IMG/VR virus record: IMGVR_UViG_3300009093_000036
Span: 64,001-128,000 of that record
DNA length: 64,000 bases
Direction: 5' to 3' (one strand)
Source: a virus
The position numbers were made by a program, and so were the translations under genes. Positions within the stretch are counted from its first letter, which is position 1. Every line of letters starts with the position of its first letter. This document shows, in pieces, positions 54,080-62,730 of the stretch. Under the pieces are notes generated by a model. The model had not been told where the DNA came from. It saw only the letters and a program-made list of their open reading frames with translations, and ran no database searches.

Positions 54080-55336
54080 TCACCACACCATGGGCGTAGG
54101 AGTCGATGTTGATGTGGTCGTCCCGTTACCGAGCTGACCCTGCGAGTTGTCGCCCCAGCACATGACCACCCCGCTCTGCATGATGCAGGCGTGGTTCGTC
54201 CCAAGCTGAAGGCTGGTGCCGACGATGTTGGTGTAGGTACCTACCGCATCCGAAGCCGGCAGCGCGTTGAAGGTGGCCGGACCCGTGAAGGTCGACGGCG
54301 TCGAGGACGAACAGTAGATGCCGGCTGCACGAGTCGATGTTCCAGTTGGGATCATCACGCACGCACGGCCACCATCGAGGTCGACCTCAGTGGCACCAGT
54401 CCACGTCGGCGTCAGCACCGGATGACCTGACGTCGAGCACGACACACTCGGGCCCGTCTCCGAGCTCGGCATCGTGCCCGTCCACGTGAAGCATGCGACG
54501 AGGTCGTTCGCATTGAAGGTGCCGGTCCGTGCGACATCCGTTGCGTCGTAGGTCGCCGCACCATCCACCGCCGTCCAGAAGTTCGCGTAGTCGGTCGTCA
54601 CCGGATGACCCGGAAGCGACGTGACAACACGATCCCAGCAGCGCAGGCCGCCGTTGATGTCGATGGCACAGTTCAGCGCCGGCATGCTGTCGACCGCCGT
54701 CGCCGGCGAGTAGGTGGGCGACATCAGGTTGAACGGGTGGACGAGACCATCCGTACGGCCGACGTACGCCTGGACACCCAGCACGGAGACGTCCGAACCG
54801 TAAGGTGTCGACCCCACGGCGTACGTGACACCACCGGCTGCGGTCCAGCACAGCACACGGCCATCGAGGCCGATGCCGCAGTTCCCTTCGAGATCGACGG
54901 CATCCGCAACGTGTGCGGGCGTCGAAGAGCCACCACCCCAGCACCACATCTGGTTCGTGCTCGTGAGCACACACGACGTGTTGCCATTCACGCCGAGCTC
55001 GACGATGGACCCAGGCCCCGAGGGACCCGCATCCGTCATCGCTGCGTCGACACCGGCGTCTGCGGTCGAAGTTCCGCTATCCGGAGTCCCGGTGGAAGCA
55101 TCAACCCCGCCGTCGTCAGTGACCATCGGGCCACTGTCGGAGGTCGCACTGTCGACCCCTGCGTCCGAGCCACTGTCTGCTTGTGCGTCGACTCCAGCAT
55201 CCGCCACCACCTCCATCTGAGCGTCGCCCATAGGCTGAGCATCCGCGGCCGGCACACCGCTGTCGGTGTACGCGACCGGCATGCCTTCCCCGCAGCCGAC
55301 GACCAGAACCATCATCAGCACGATGTTCAGCTTCAT
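54080..55336 (-). CDS. lipoprotein with a D(A/S)G-repeat linker and RCC1/BLIP-II-like repeats
   Basis: lipobox VVGC; DAG/DSG repeats; SCVLT...MWCWGG, HACIM..GVVMCWGDNSQGQLGNG. Confidence 0.85.
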   Translation of the reverse strand: MKLNIVLMMVLVVGCGEGMPVAYTDSGVPAADAQPMGDAQMEVVADAGVDAQADSGSDAGVDSATSDSGPMVTDDGGVDASTGTPDSGTSTADAGVDAAMTDAGPSGPGSIVELGVNGNTSCVLTSTNQMWCWGGGSSTPAHVADAVDLEGNCGIGLDGRVLCWTAAGGVTYAVGSTPYGSDVSVLGVQAYVGRTDGLVHPFNLMSPTYSPATAVDSMPALNCAIDINGGLRCWDRVVTSLPGHPVTTDYANFWTAVDGAATYDATDVARTGTFNANDLVACFTWTGTMPSSETGPSVSCSTSGHPVLTPTWTGATEVDLDGGRACVMIPTGTSTRAAGIYCSSSTPSTFTGPATFNALPASDAVGTYTNIVGTSLQLGTNHACIMQSGVVMCWGDNSQGQLGNGTTTSTSTPTPMVW

Positions 55337-55349
55337 ATTCGTTCTCCTT

Positions 55350-55381
55350 CTATCTTACTGATAGGGGATTCTGGGGCAAAA
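55350..55381 (-). promoter_or_regulatory. candidate phage promoter
   Basis: TTTGCCCCAGAATCCCC-TATCAG-TAAGAT-A, hexamer 55358-55363. Confidence 0.65.
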
Positions 55382-55386
55382 ATGGC

Positions 55387-55412
55387 AAAAAGAAGGGCCC
55401 GAAGGCCCCTCC
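55387..55412 (-). terminator. intrinsic terminator
   Basis: GGGCC-TTCG-GGCCC-TTCTTTTT. Confidence 0.8.
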
Positions 55413-55640
55413 TCATCCAACAGGTTCGAGCTCTTCGGACTCCTCGTCCAGTTCATCGAGGTAGTCGATCTGCACCCCTTCCCTGCGCATGCGCTGGTTG
55501 AGTTCCTCGACTGCCAGCATGGTCTCGTGCGCCTTCATCCAGAAGGAGAGCTGGCTGAGGCTCTGATCCACCTCCGCCAGCTTCACACGCGCCGACCTCA
55601 CCACACGAAGAGCGGCCCTCAACAGCGTCTTACGAACCAT
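55413..55640 (-). CDS. hypothetical protein
   Basis: AGGAG RBS; start MVRKT. Confidence 0.6.
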   Translation of the reverse strand: MVRKTLLRAALRVVRSARVKLAEVDQSLSQLSFWMKAHETMLAVEELNQRMRREGVQIDYLDELDEESEELEPVG

Positions 55641-55908
55641 TCGCCTTCTCCTGTGCGTCTTCGAGGATTGCTCGACGTTCATCTTCGAGCTTCTTCGCAT
55701 CGATGCCGAGGTAGCGCAGCAACATCGCTTCCTGCGGCTCTCGGGTCACCTCGAAGAGCCCGCCCCACTGCGCGAACTTCTTGGGGTCGTGCGTGCAGAG
55801 CGAGAGCCCCTGCTCCTGCAACCATTCGAGGAACTGGAGCATCTTCAACATCTCGGGCCGTGCCACCCGGAGCTTCTCGCACTCCGGGTACTTCGCCTCA
55901 CTCGACAC
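55630..55908 (-). CDS. hypothetical protein
   Basis: YPECEKL...FLEWL...YLGID..KLEDERRA.L. Confidence 0.7.
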   Translation of the reverse strand: MSSEAKYPECEKLRVARPEMLKMLQFLEWLQEQGLSLCTHDPKKFAQWGGLFEVTREPQEAMLLRYLGIDAKKLEDERRAILEDAQEKANGS

Positions 55909-56341
55909 CGATGATCTCCTCCAGCTTCGGGTACGCATACCCGCCGCCGTCCAGCTTCACCACCGGCCTCTTGGGCAGAAGTCCTTGATGGGGCTTCGAG
56001 GCAGGGTAGTCGTATCTCTCGACGATCCCTGCACCGAACCCGTCGATGATGACGTGCCTGCCCGGCTTCAGCAGAACCTTCGCCGCCACCTCCGGCTCCT
56101 TCGGCATGGGCAACGGAGGGTCCTCCGATCCCGCAGCGACGTGCACCAACGACGCCCAGTGCGCGATCGTGTAGCGCTCCTCCGGGGTGAGCTCGGAGAT
56201 CAAGTCGTCGATGACGTACTCCTCCGTGACGAGCGAGAGGAGATCGTGGAAGGCGGAGTCCTTCGTCAGCGTGTGTGGGTTGGGGACGACGTTCTTGGAG
56301 AGCTTCTCCAAGATCTTCTCTCCCCGACTCACGGTGCCCAT
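55898..56341 (-). CDS. hypothetical protein with C-terminal SH3-like segment
   Basis: start MGTVSR. Confidence 0.65.
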   Translation of the reverse strand: MGTVSRGEKILEKLSKNVVPNPHTLTKDSAFHDLLSLVTEEYVIDDLISELTPEERYTIAHWASLVHVAAGSEDPPLPMPKEPEVAAKVLLKPGRHVIIDGFGAGIVERYDYPASKPHQGLLPKRPVVKLDGGGYAYPKLEEIIGVE

Positions 56342-56907
56342 CCGTAGTGCTTCGCCGCCTTCTGGTAGGCTTCGTAGAAGCGGATGATGAGGGTTTGGAG
56401 GCTGCGCTCCTGCTCCTCGGTGAGACGAAGACGCTGGCGTGCATCCTTCCCCGCATCGACGACTGCCTCCGCCGAGTCGCAGTAGCCACGAACGGCACGC
56501 AACCCCCACTTCGGAGGGTTGTCGACCATGTCGTTCACGTTCGAGGTCTTGTCCGCGATCTTGATGAGGACACCCCCGATGTCCATCATCTTCATCATCA
56601 TGACCTGGTGAGCCGTCTTCTTCTCGTGGTTGCCATCTCGGCAGTCGAGAGGAAGCGTCAGGTCACGAGCGAGGTCGGCCGAGTAGCCGAACTTCTCGTG
56701 GAGCTCCTCGTACGTCGTCTCCGTGTCCTCCAGGGTGTCGTGGAGGATGGCCCCAACGAGAGTGAAAGGGTCGTCGACACCAGCAGCGACGAGACGCTGC
56801 GCGACGTCGAAGCAGTGTGTGACGTAGGGCTCGTTCTTCGGCCCCCGACCCGCCTGCTTGGCATGGCGACTGGCCGCGAACTTCGCGGCCTCGAAGATCT
56901 TGTTCAT
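56329..56907 (-). CDS. Mesh1/SpoT-type HD-domain hydrolase (putative alarmone hydrolase)
   Basis: AAKFAASRHAKQ...EPYVTH, ILHDTLEDT, EKFG, IKIADKTSN. Confidence 0.9.
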   Translation of the reverse strand: MNKIFEAAKFAASRHAKQAGRGPKNEPYVTHCFDVAQRLVAAGVDDPFTLVGAILHDTLEDTETTYEELHEKFGYSADLARDLTLPLDCRDGNHEKKTAHQVMMMKMMDIGGVLIKIADKTSNVNDMVDNPPKWGLRAVRGYCDSAEAVVDAGKDARQRLRLTEEQERSLQTLIIRFYEAYQKAAKHYGWAP

Positions 56908-56909
56908 GT

Positions 56910-58604
56910 TCACTCCTTCTTGTCGTGCGGCCCACGCATCATCGCGAACATCGCCATCTCCGCCTCGGAGGGCGTGCGAACTGGGCGATTCATGTCGAGG
57001 TCCTTGTGGACCTCACTGAGGATGGCGGGGCAGTGGATGTTGGCGATGTTCATCTTGCTTTCCGCATCGAGGCGCAGGAAGCGGATGGTGAGGCCCCAAG
57101 CTGTACGATCCAGCACGACCCCTCGTTCGTTCTGAGGACCCGGACCCTTGGAGATGGTGAAGCGGAAGCGCCCAGTGGTCGGGTACTCGATGGAGACGTA
57201 CTCGTAGACCGCCGTCAGGCCGTTGAAGCGCTTCGGAACATCGACGAGGGACATGACTCCAAGCAGCTTCACCCCCAAGCTGTTCTTCGAGATCCCAGGC
57301 TTCCGATCGGTGACACGCAGCGTCTGCGCCCAGCGAAGGCGGTGGACCTTGTACATCTGCGGGGAGGAGTAGAAAGCCTCCAGGGATTCCGAGTCCCTCT
57401 TCCACCACTTCAGCAAGGCCGCCTTGGTGCCTTCGAGCAACGAGCCCGCACAGTGCTCGCACTCCTTCGCATCTCTGCGAGACAGGATGGCAGGCTCGCT
57501 TCGATACCCTCCGTCGACACCCACACGAGTGACGTACGCCTTGCATCCGCAGTCCCGTCGGTTGGTGAGGCATTCACCGTGCCGGAGGGGGATCTCCTTT
57601 TCCAAGCCAGCGATGCGAGCTTCCGCGAGCCGCTGAGCCGAGAAGAGACCTTGAGTGACCTCTGCATCTGCCTTCGCATAGTTCGCCAGTCCTGCATCGA
57701 GGCCGCTGATGATCCTCAGACCTCCGTAGAGGGCAGAGAGCTCCGTCGACTTCGCAGCATCGCGCTGTTCTTTCGTGATCTGCGACGGAGGGACCTTGAA
57801 GATCTGTGACGCGATCTGCGTGTGGAAGTCGCGCTCTTCCGCCCATGTCCTGCTGTAGGGGAGGTCAGAAGAAACCACGGGCAGAGACCACACCTGCCGA
57901 AGCTCTTCGAGCTGCCTCGGGGAGAGACGGCGTTGTCTTACGGACCTCGGGTCCTGCCGCTTCCTCATCCACGGCTCGATCATGCTGGGGTCGATGCCCT
58001 TGGCCTTGGCGATGTTGATCGACTCCTCGCTGATGAGATCGAGCAAGATGAGGAGCTGCATCACATCCGTGGGCATCTTGCCAGCCACAGCAAGGCGCTC
58101 CAGATGCTGTTCGACCTGCTCCATGTGCGAGGCCCTCACCTTGTGGGGCTCCTTCCCCAGCATGTGGGACGTGAGCTCCCTGGAGTGTCCGTGCTGTCCG
58201 TAGTGCTGAAGAGCGACCTGAGCGATCACCCTCCACTCCAGCTCCGCGTAGTCCATCTTGAGGATGGGCTCCTGGGACTGACCCATCACCTCACGGCGAA
58301 ATGGGTCCGCGAACGGTATCGGGCTCCTCGGGTAGAGGGAGGCCATGAAGGAGGGGCGCTTGGCACTTTCTCGCCCCTCCTTCACCGGGTCCGGCTTCGG
58401 GGTGTTCGAGACGTGCGGCTCCTTCGAGGAAAGCCGCTCTGTCTTCACGTTCGCTTTGAACGCCGCCTCTTCCTGCTTCGCTTCCTCTTTCGGAGGTGCA
58501 GGTGGCGCAGCGTACGCCCGGCATGCCGGGTTCGTGCAGCCTTCGCTCGTGAATGCGAGCGTGATCTCGCACGGTGACGTGCAGAACATACACTTATGCT
58601 TCAT
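56910..58604 (-). CDS. mosaic protein carrying DNA polymerase A-family signature motifs
   Basis: DYAELEWRV; DFHTQIASQIFKVPPSQITKEQRDAAK...LYG; YAKADAEVT; TTGRF; no HDE motif C. Confidence 0.65.
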   Translation of the reverse strand: MKHKCMFCTSPCEITLAFTSEGCTNPACRAYAAPPAPPKEEAKQEEAAFKANVKTERLSSKEPHVSNTPKPDPVKEGRESAKRPSFMASLYPRSPIPFADPFRREVMGQSQEPILKMDYAELEWRVIAQVALQHYGQHGHSRELTSHMLGKEPHKVRASHMEQVEQHLERLAVAGKMPTDVMQLLILLDLISEESINIAKAKGIDPSMIEPWMRKRQDPRSVRQRRLSPRQLEELRQVWSLPVVSSDLPYSRTWAEERDFHTQIASQIFKVPPSQITKEQRDAAKSTELSALYGGLRIISGLDAGLANYAKADAEVTQGLFSAQRLAEARIAGLEKEIPLRHGECLTNRRDCGCKAYVTRVGVDGGYRSEPAILSRRDAKECEHCAGSLLEGTKAALLKWWKRDSESLEAFYSSPQMYKVHRLRWAQTLRVTDRKPGISKNSLGVKLLGVMSLVDVPKRFNGLTAVYEYVSIEYPTTGRFRFTISKGPGPQNERGVVLDRTAWGLTIRFLRLDAESKMNIANIHCPAILSEVHKDLDMNRPVRTPSEAEMAMFAMMRGPHDKKE

Positions 58605-59071
58605 GTTCGTTTCCTTCGGTTCGGTGTAGTGAAGGCGATGCGTCTCGCCTCTTCCAACGTGTAGCGCTTCGTCAGCATCAACCTGGAGATTCTGCGGCGC
58701 AGAGCGCCATCATGAAGCCCCAGCTCCTCCGCCTTCTCATAGATGGTGAAGCGTTTTCCATCTAGCTCATAGATGAATCCGGACTTGTTTGAGTTCTGAA
58801 CCGACTTCGTCGACCAGCGACAGTTGCCTGGTTCGTACCCCTTGTCTGGATCGATGCGATCGAGCGAGTACTTCTTCGAGGGACGCTTGCCGACGTCATT
58901 CAAGAACGAAGCGAAGCCGCCCGGCCCCACCCAGTCGAAGTAGACGAGGATCCCGCGACCGCCGTAGTCCGGGTAGCTCTTGTGCTTCGGGTTCGTGCAC
59001 CGCTGAATCATCATCCTCCACGACGTGTACGTCGGGGAGGACTTCCTCTTGCGTCGATGCCCGTGCGTCAT
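58601..59071 (-). CDS. HNH homing endonuclease (phage type)
   Basis: YTSWRMMIQRCTNP....YPDYGGRGI, F..FL.D.G.RP, SLDRID..KGYEPGNCRW. Confidence 0.9.
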   Translation of the reverse strand: MTHGHRRKRKSSPTYTSWRMMIQRCTNPKHKSYPDYGGRGILVYFDWVGPGGFASFLNDVGKRPSKKYSLDRIDPDKGYEPGNCRWSTKSVQNSNKSGFIYELDGKRFTIYEKAEELGLHDGALRRRISRLMLTKRYTLEEARRIAFTTPNRRKRT

Positions 59072-59280
59072 CGAAGGATGTCGAGGAGCTTGCCCCACAA
59101 GATCTTCCCCAGACCGCCCCACGGCTGATGACAGCCAGGGGCATGGTGATCGAGTGGGATGAGCCGCTGACATCCTCCGCAGGTTTCCAGGGGCTCCCCC
59201 TGCGGGGTCTCACCCCAGCGATAGCAGAAGTCGATGTAGCGCTGGCCGTCTTCAGGCGTGAGCAGTCCGCGGTCGTCCAT
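59068..59280 (-). CDS. hypothetical protein
   Basis: 70 aa; CGGC. Confidence 0.5.
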   Translation of the reverse strand: MDDRGLLTPEDGQRYIDFCYRWGETPQGEPLETCGGCQRLIPLDHHAPGCHQPWGGLGKILWGKLLDILR

Positions 59281-60493
59281 CTTCGCGTTCCTTCTTCATG
59301 TCGATGATCCGGTTGGGAAGAGTCGTGAAGCGTTCACGAGGCTTGTTCTGTGCGAGTGCGACTCCGATCCCTTCCTCGTTGCCGATGAGAGTGACACCAC
59401 GCTTGGCACGCGTCACCGCCGTGTAGAGGAGCTGCCGCGACCACATGCGGATGTGCATGCCGTGACAGATGACACCGACGCTCTCCCACTCCGAGCCCTG
59501 CGCCTTGTGCACAGTCAACGCATACGCAAGTCGAAGCTGATGCATCGCGACGAGCTGTGGGTACTCCACGAACTTCCCCGGGTACTTCACGACGACCTTG
59601 CCATCCGCGATCTTGTCGATGATGCCGAGCTCTCCGTTGAAGACATTCAGGACGTAGTTGTTCTGGACGTGGATGACCTTGTCTCCCACACCTGCGAACT
59701 GCTGCATCGAAGCACGCGGCACTGCAAGCTCGATGTGCTCGCCGTCGAGTCGGTTCGGGTTCAGCTCGGAAGCGATCTCGTGGTTCAGCACCTCCGTGCC
59801 CAAGTCCCCGACGTTCATCGGAGTCAAGAGCTGGAAGCGTCCCAGGAAGAAGTTGATCTTCTGGTGGACCAACAACTGCTTCGCGAGGTCGATGACGTCG
59901 TACGCCGAGTCCATCTCGAACGCCTCGAAGTCGTCCCTCTTCGTCGTGTCGAACATCTGACCGGCGAGAATCTTCGGAGCATTCGCACAGATCCACGACT
60001 CCGCCGCGCTGCGGTGAAGCGTCTTCAGGCGTACGACGGGGACCTCACCCGAGTCGATGAGGTCTCGAAGTACGCTGCCGGCGCCGACGCTTGGGAGCTG
60101 ATCGGCGTCGCCGATGAGACGGATGCGAGCCCCCTTCTTCATGACGACCAGGAGGTGGTAGAGCATCTGCGCATCCACCATCGAGGCCTCATCCGCGATG
60201 TAGACGTCGTGCGGCAACTGGTCGGTGCCGTACTGGTCTCCGTTAAAGCCGGTGAGACGGTGGATCGTGGACGCATCCATGCCCACCACCTCCGTCATTC
60301 GCTTCGCTGCCTTGCCGGTCGGAGCGACCAAGACGACGTCCAGTCCCATCAGGCGCGTGTCGCGCAGTGCCTTCTTCAACGTCGTCGTCTTGCCGGTGCC
60401 AGGACCGCCGGTGATGATGCCGATCGGCTCCTTCGAGCAGATCAGGTCGATCGCGCGTTCCTGGTCTTCGTCACGATCCTGCTGCTGTTCCAT
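59252..60493 (-). CDS. recD2: RecD/RecD2-like SF1B helicase (motor domain)
   Basis: GGPGTGKTT, APTGKAAKR, TIHRL, DEASM, GDADQLPSVGAG, AYALTVHKAQGSE, LLYTAVTRAK. Confidence 0.93.
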   Translation of the reverse strand: MEQQQDRDEDQERAIDLICSKEPIGIITGGPGTGKTTTLKKALRDTRLMGLDVVLVAPTGKAAKRMTEVVGMDASTIHRLTGFNGDQYGTDQLPHDVYIADEASMVDAQMLYHLLVVMKKGARIRLIGDADQLPSVGAGSVLRDLIDSGEVPVVRLKTLHRSAAESWICANAPKILAGQMFDTTKRDDFEAFEMDSAYDVIDLAKQLLVHQKINFFLGRFQLLTPMNVGDLGTEVLNHEIASELNPNRLDGEHIELAVPRASMQQFAGVGDKVIHVQNNYVLNVFNGELGIIDKIADGKVVVKYPGKFVEYPQLVAMHQLRLAYALTVHKAQGSEWESVGVICHGMHIRMWSRQLLYTAVTRAKRGVTLIGNEEGIGVALAQNKPRERFTTLPNRIIDMKKEREDGRPRTAHA

Positions 60494-61502
60494 CGTCGTC
60501 CTCGATGTCTTCGAGCTCGGGCGGCAGCGTCTGCACGCGACCAGTCACCACGAACTCCGAGATGCCTGCTTCGTAGCGGGCGTAAGGGGTGAGCTGCACC
60601 ATCGTCGGCGAACCGTAGAGGGTGACGAACTCGGGGATGAGGGCATCGAAGTTGCTCATCAACTTCGTCGCACTGAACTCGGGGTACGTCTCCTCCACCA
60701 AGTCGATGAAGTCGGAGTAGTACATCGCCGTGTGCCCCTCCTCCGTGCACAGGCGTAGTTCGTGGAGGCAGACCGCCTTGACGCGTCGGTCGTCCACCTT
60801 CTTGTTCTCGGGCTGCGCGAGGTAGACCTTGTCGATCTTCGTGAAGGGGACGTTGTCGAGGTAGTAGAACACGACGTACGGGTCGGTTCGCAGCTCCTCC
60901 ACTGCACGAGCGCCTCGGGCCACGAAGAGGGCGTGAGCCTCCTTCGTGTCGAGACCCATCTTCATCAGGCTGTCCACCGAGTTCTTGCGCTGGACGAAGA
61001 TCCGGATGTCGATGAACTCAGCGCTCAGCCCATGCTTGGCGAACACCTGCTGGGCGCCGGCTTGATCCGAGACGATCAAGTTCCACAACCTGATCAACTC
61101 GAAGTCACCAGGGCCTGTGAGAGGAGCAAGGGTACCTGCCCCCTTCATCTGTCCGAGCGTTGCGAAGTTCTCGTACCAGTCGTCGACCAGCGCGTTCGCG
61201 TTCTTCCACGGCGCCTGGAAGTGTCGCTGCATCCATTCGAGGAAAGCCTTCCGTGTCGCCGGGAACGTTGTAACAACACGCGATGCCCGCACCTGCATGC
61301 CGTGCGTCGGATGTTCTTGCTCGTAGCCAGAGACCTCGATGTAGTCGCCGGCACGGATGCCTTCGCACACACCGACGACCTTCTGACGGGCGCCATCCTT
61401 GTCCATGAGGGTGATGACGCCCATGCCCTCAGCGCTGCCGCGGAACCGCAGTACGTCGCGGACGACGCCGTAGAGCTCGACCTCAGTCCTTGCCGACTTC
61501 AT
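60471..61502 (-). CDS. RecD2 N-terminal region (OB + helix-hairpin-helix) as a separate gene
   Basis: GDYIEVSG....HPTHGMQ; ELRTDPY......VPFTKID; GHTAMY. Confidence 0.7.
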   Translation of the reverse strand: MKSARTEVELYGVVRDVLRFRGSAEGMGVITLMDKDGARQKVVGVCEGIRAGDYIEVSGYEQEHPTHGMQVRASRVVTTFPATRKAFLEWMQRHFQAPWKNANALVDDWYENFATLGQMKGAGTLAPLTGPGDFELIRLWNLIVSDQAGAQQVFAKHGLSAEFIDIRIFVQRKNSVDSLMKMGLDTKEAHALFVARGARAVEELRTDPYVVFYYLDNVPFTKIDKVYLAQPENKKVDDRRVKAVCLHELRLCTEEGHTAMYYSDFIDLVEETYPEFSATKLMSNFDALIPEFVTLYGSPTMVQLTPYARYEAGISEFVVTGRVQTLPPELEDIEDDDGTAAGS

Positions 61503-61503
61503 G

Positions 61504-61743
61504 TCAGTCCTCTTCTTCTTCGCAGAGCCCGCGCTTGGCGCCGATCCACTTCGAGATGATGAGCTTGCCCTTGTCACCGCGCTTCCAGACCTCCGAGTCC
61601 GCATGGATCTGCGACTGCGGGATCCAGTGCTCCGCCCCATCGATGACGACGAGGATGGCTTGGGTCGTCGAACGAATGCACTCCGCCACCGGGACCACGA
61701 TGTTCTTGTCGTCGTAGTCCCGGTACTGCTTCTTCGGAGGCAT
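61504..61743 (-). CDS. hypothetical protein
   Basis: HWIPQSQIHADSEV..RGD.G.L.I..W. Confidence 0.7.
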   Translation of the reverse strand: MPPKKQYRDYDDKNIVVPVAECIRSTTQAILVVIDGAEHWIPQSQIHADSEVWKRGDKGKLIISKWIGAKRGLCEEEED

Positions 61744-62672
61744 CAGACGAGGTTCTCCGGCATCAGGTAGGCGAGGAGGGCGGGGTCCCAGCGATGCGAC
61801 GCAGCACACGCGAGACGAACGTGGTCGTAGCGGCTGCTGTTGTCGGTGGTGTCGTGCCAGCGAGCGTAGTTCCGAAGCCCGAGACCACGGATGAGGGTCT
61901 GGGCGAACTGCTCGACGCTCTTCATCGCCATCGCTTTCGAGAGCTCGGTCGCCGCCGGCGCGGGCGCGTTGACGGTGAAGGCGTGATAGACGGCCATCGC
62001 GAGATCGAGATGCGGCCCGAGGTCGAGCTGCTTGGCGAACGAGAGGTAGTGCTCCACGTTCGAGGCCGTCACCGCCATCTTCGAGTACTTCGCGTACGCT
62101 GCGAACTCGGAGTCACGGTTGCCCTGAAGCAGCCACTGGATCGTGAAGTCGGTCTGCGCCTTGAAGGTCGCCGAATCCGAGAAGACGGCGTTGAACATCA
62201 ACGCGATGGTCCGAGCACGCTCGAACGCCACACCCTCGGGCGGAACGAGCCCCTGCGGAGCCGAAACGAACGCCCGGATGGCCTCCCCCGTGACGGGCTT
62301 GGCGTCCCTGCTGTTCACGAGAACACCACCCAGAGTGAGGGTCACCCCGTTCACGGTGAACCACTGACGAAGCTTGTCGACGTTGGTGCTCGTCCCCTCG
62401 GGGCACGCCGAGAAGATCATCGCGAGCATCTTCCAGAGGGCGCCCTGTGTCTTGCTGGAAGGAGAAAAGGCGATCGCGTGCAGCGGGCCTGCGGAGATGC
62501 CGGCACCGTCGTACGACTGCACCGTTCCCCAGAATGCAGCTTCGACTTGCGAGAGGACGTAGAACGCACCCTCCAGATGTGTGGCGTCGGGAGCCGGGGG
62601 CTGAACACGAACTTCCCCGCGAACGAGGAACCCGGCGTAGTTGCGGAACGTCTGATACTTGGCAGTGGGCAT
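61743..62672 (-). CDS. hypothetical protein, possibly lysozyme-like
   Basis: SQVEA..WGTVQSYDGAGISAG pattern; AAGGAG RBS. Confidence 0.55.
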   Translation of the reverse strand: MPTAKYQTFRNYAGFLVRGEVRVQPPAPDATHLEGAFYVLSQVEAAFWGTVQSYDGAGISAGPLHAIAFSPSSKTQGALWKMLAMIFSACPEGTSTNVDKLRQWFTVNGVTLTLGGVLVNSRDAKPVTGEAIRAFVSAPQGLVPPEGVAFERARTIALMFNAVFSDSATFKAQTDFTIQWLLQGNRDSEFAAYAKYSKMAVTASNVEHYLSFAKQLDLGPHLDLAMAVYHAFTVNAPAPAATELSKAMAMKSVEQFAQTLIRGLGLRNYARWHDTTDNSSRYDHVRLACAASHRWDPALLAYLMPENLV

Positions 62673-62682
62673 GGTGACTCCT

Positions 62683-62703
62683 TCTTGTTGTTGATAGGGC
62701 AAA
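62683..62703 (-). promoter_or_regulatory. candidate phage promoter
   Basis: TTTGCCC-TATCAA-CAACAA-G, hexamer 62691-62696. Confidence 0.65.
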
Positions 62704-62725
62704 GGAACTGGGGTCGCCCCCAGCT
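62701..62725 (-). terminator. intrinsic terminator
   Basis: AGCTGGGG-GCGA-CCCCAGTT-CCTTT. Confidence 0.65.
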
Positions 62726-62730
62726 CACTC

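Noticed and set aside
55000-55270. DAG/DSG repeats as a DNA repeat element
   Set aside because: This is protein-level low complexity with degenerate codons, not a nucleotide repeat array.
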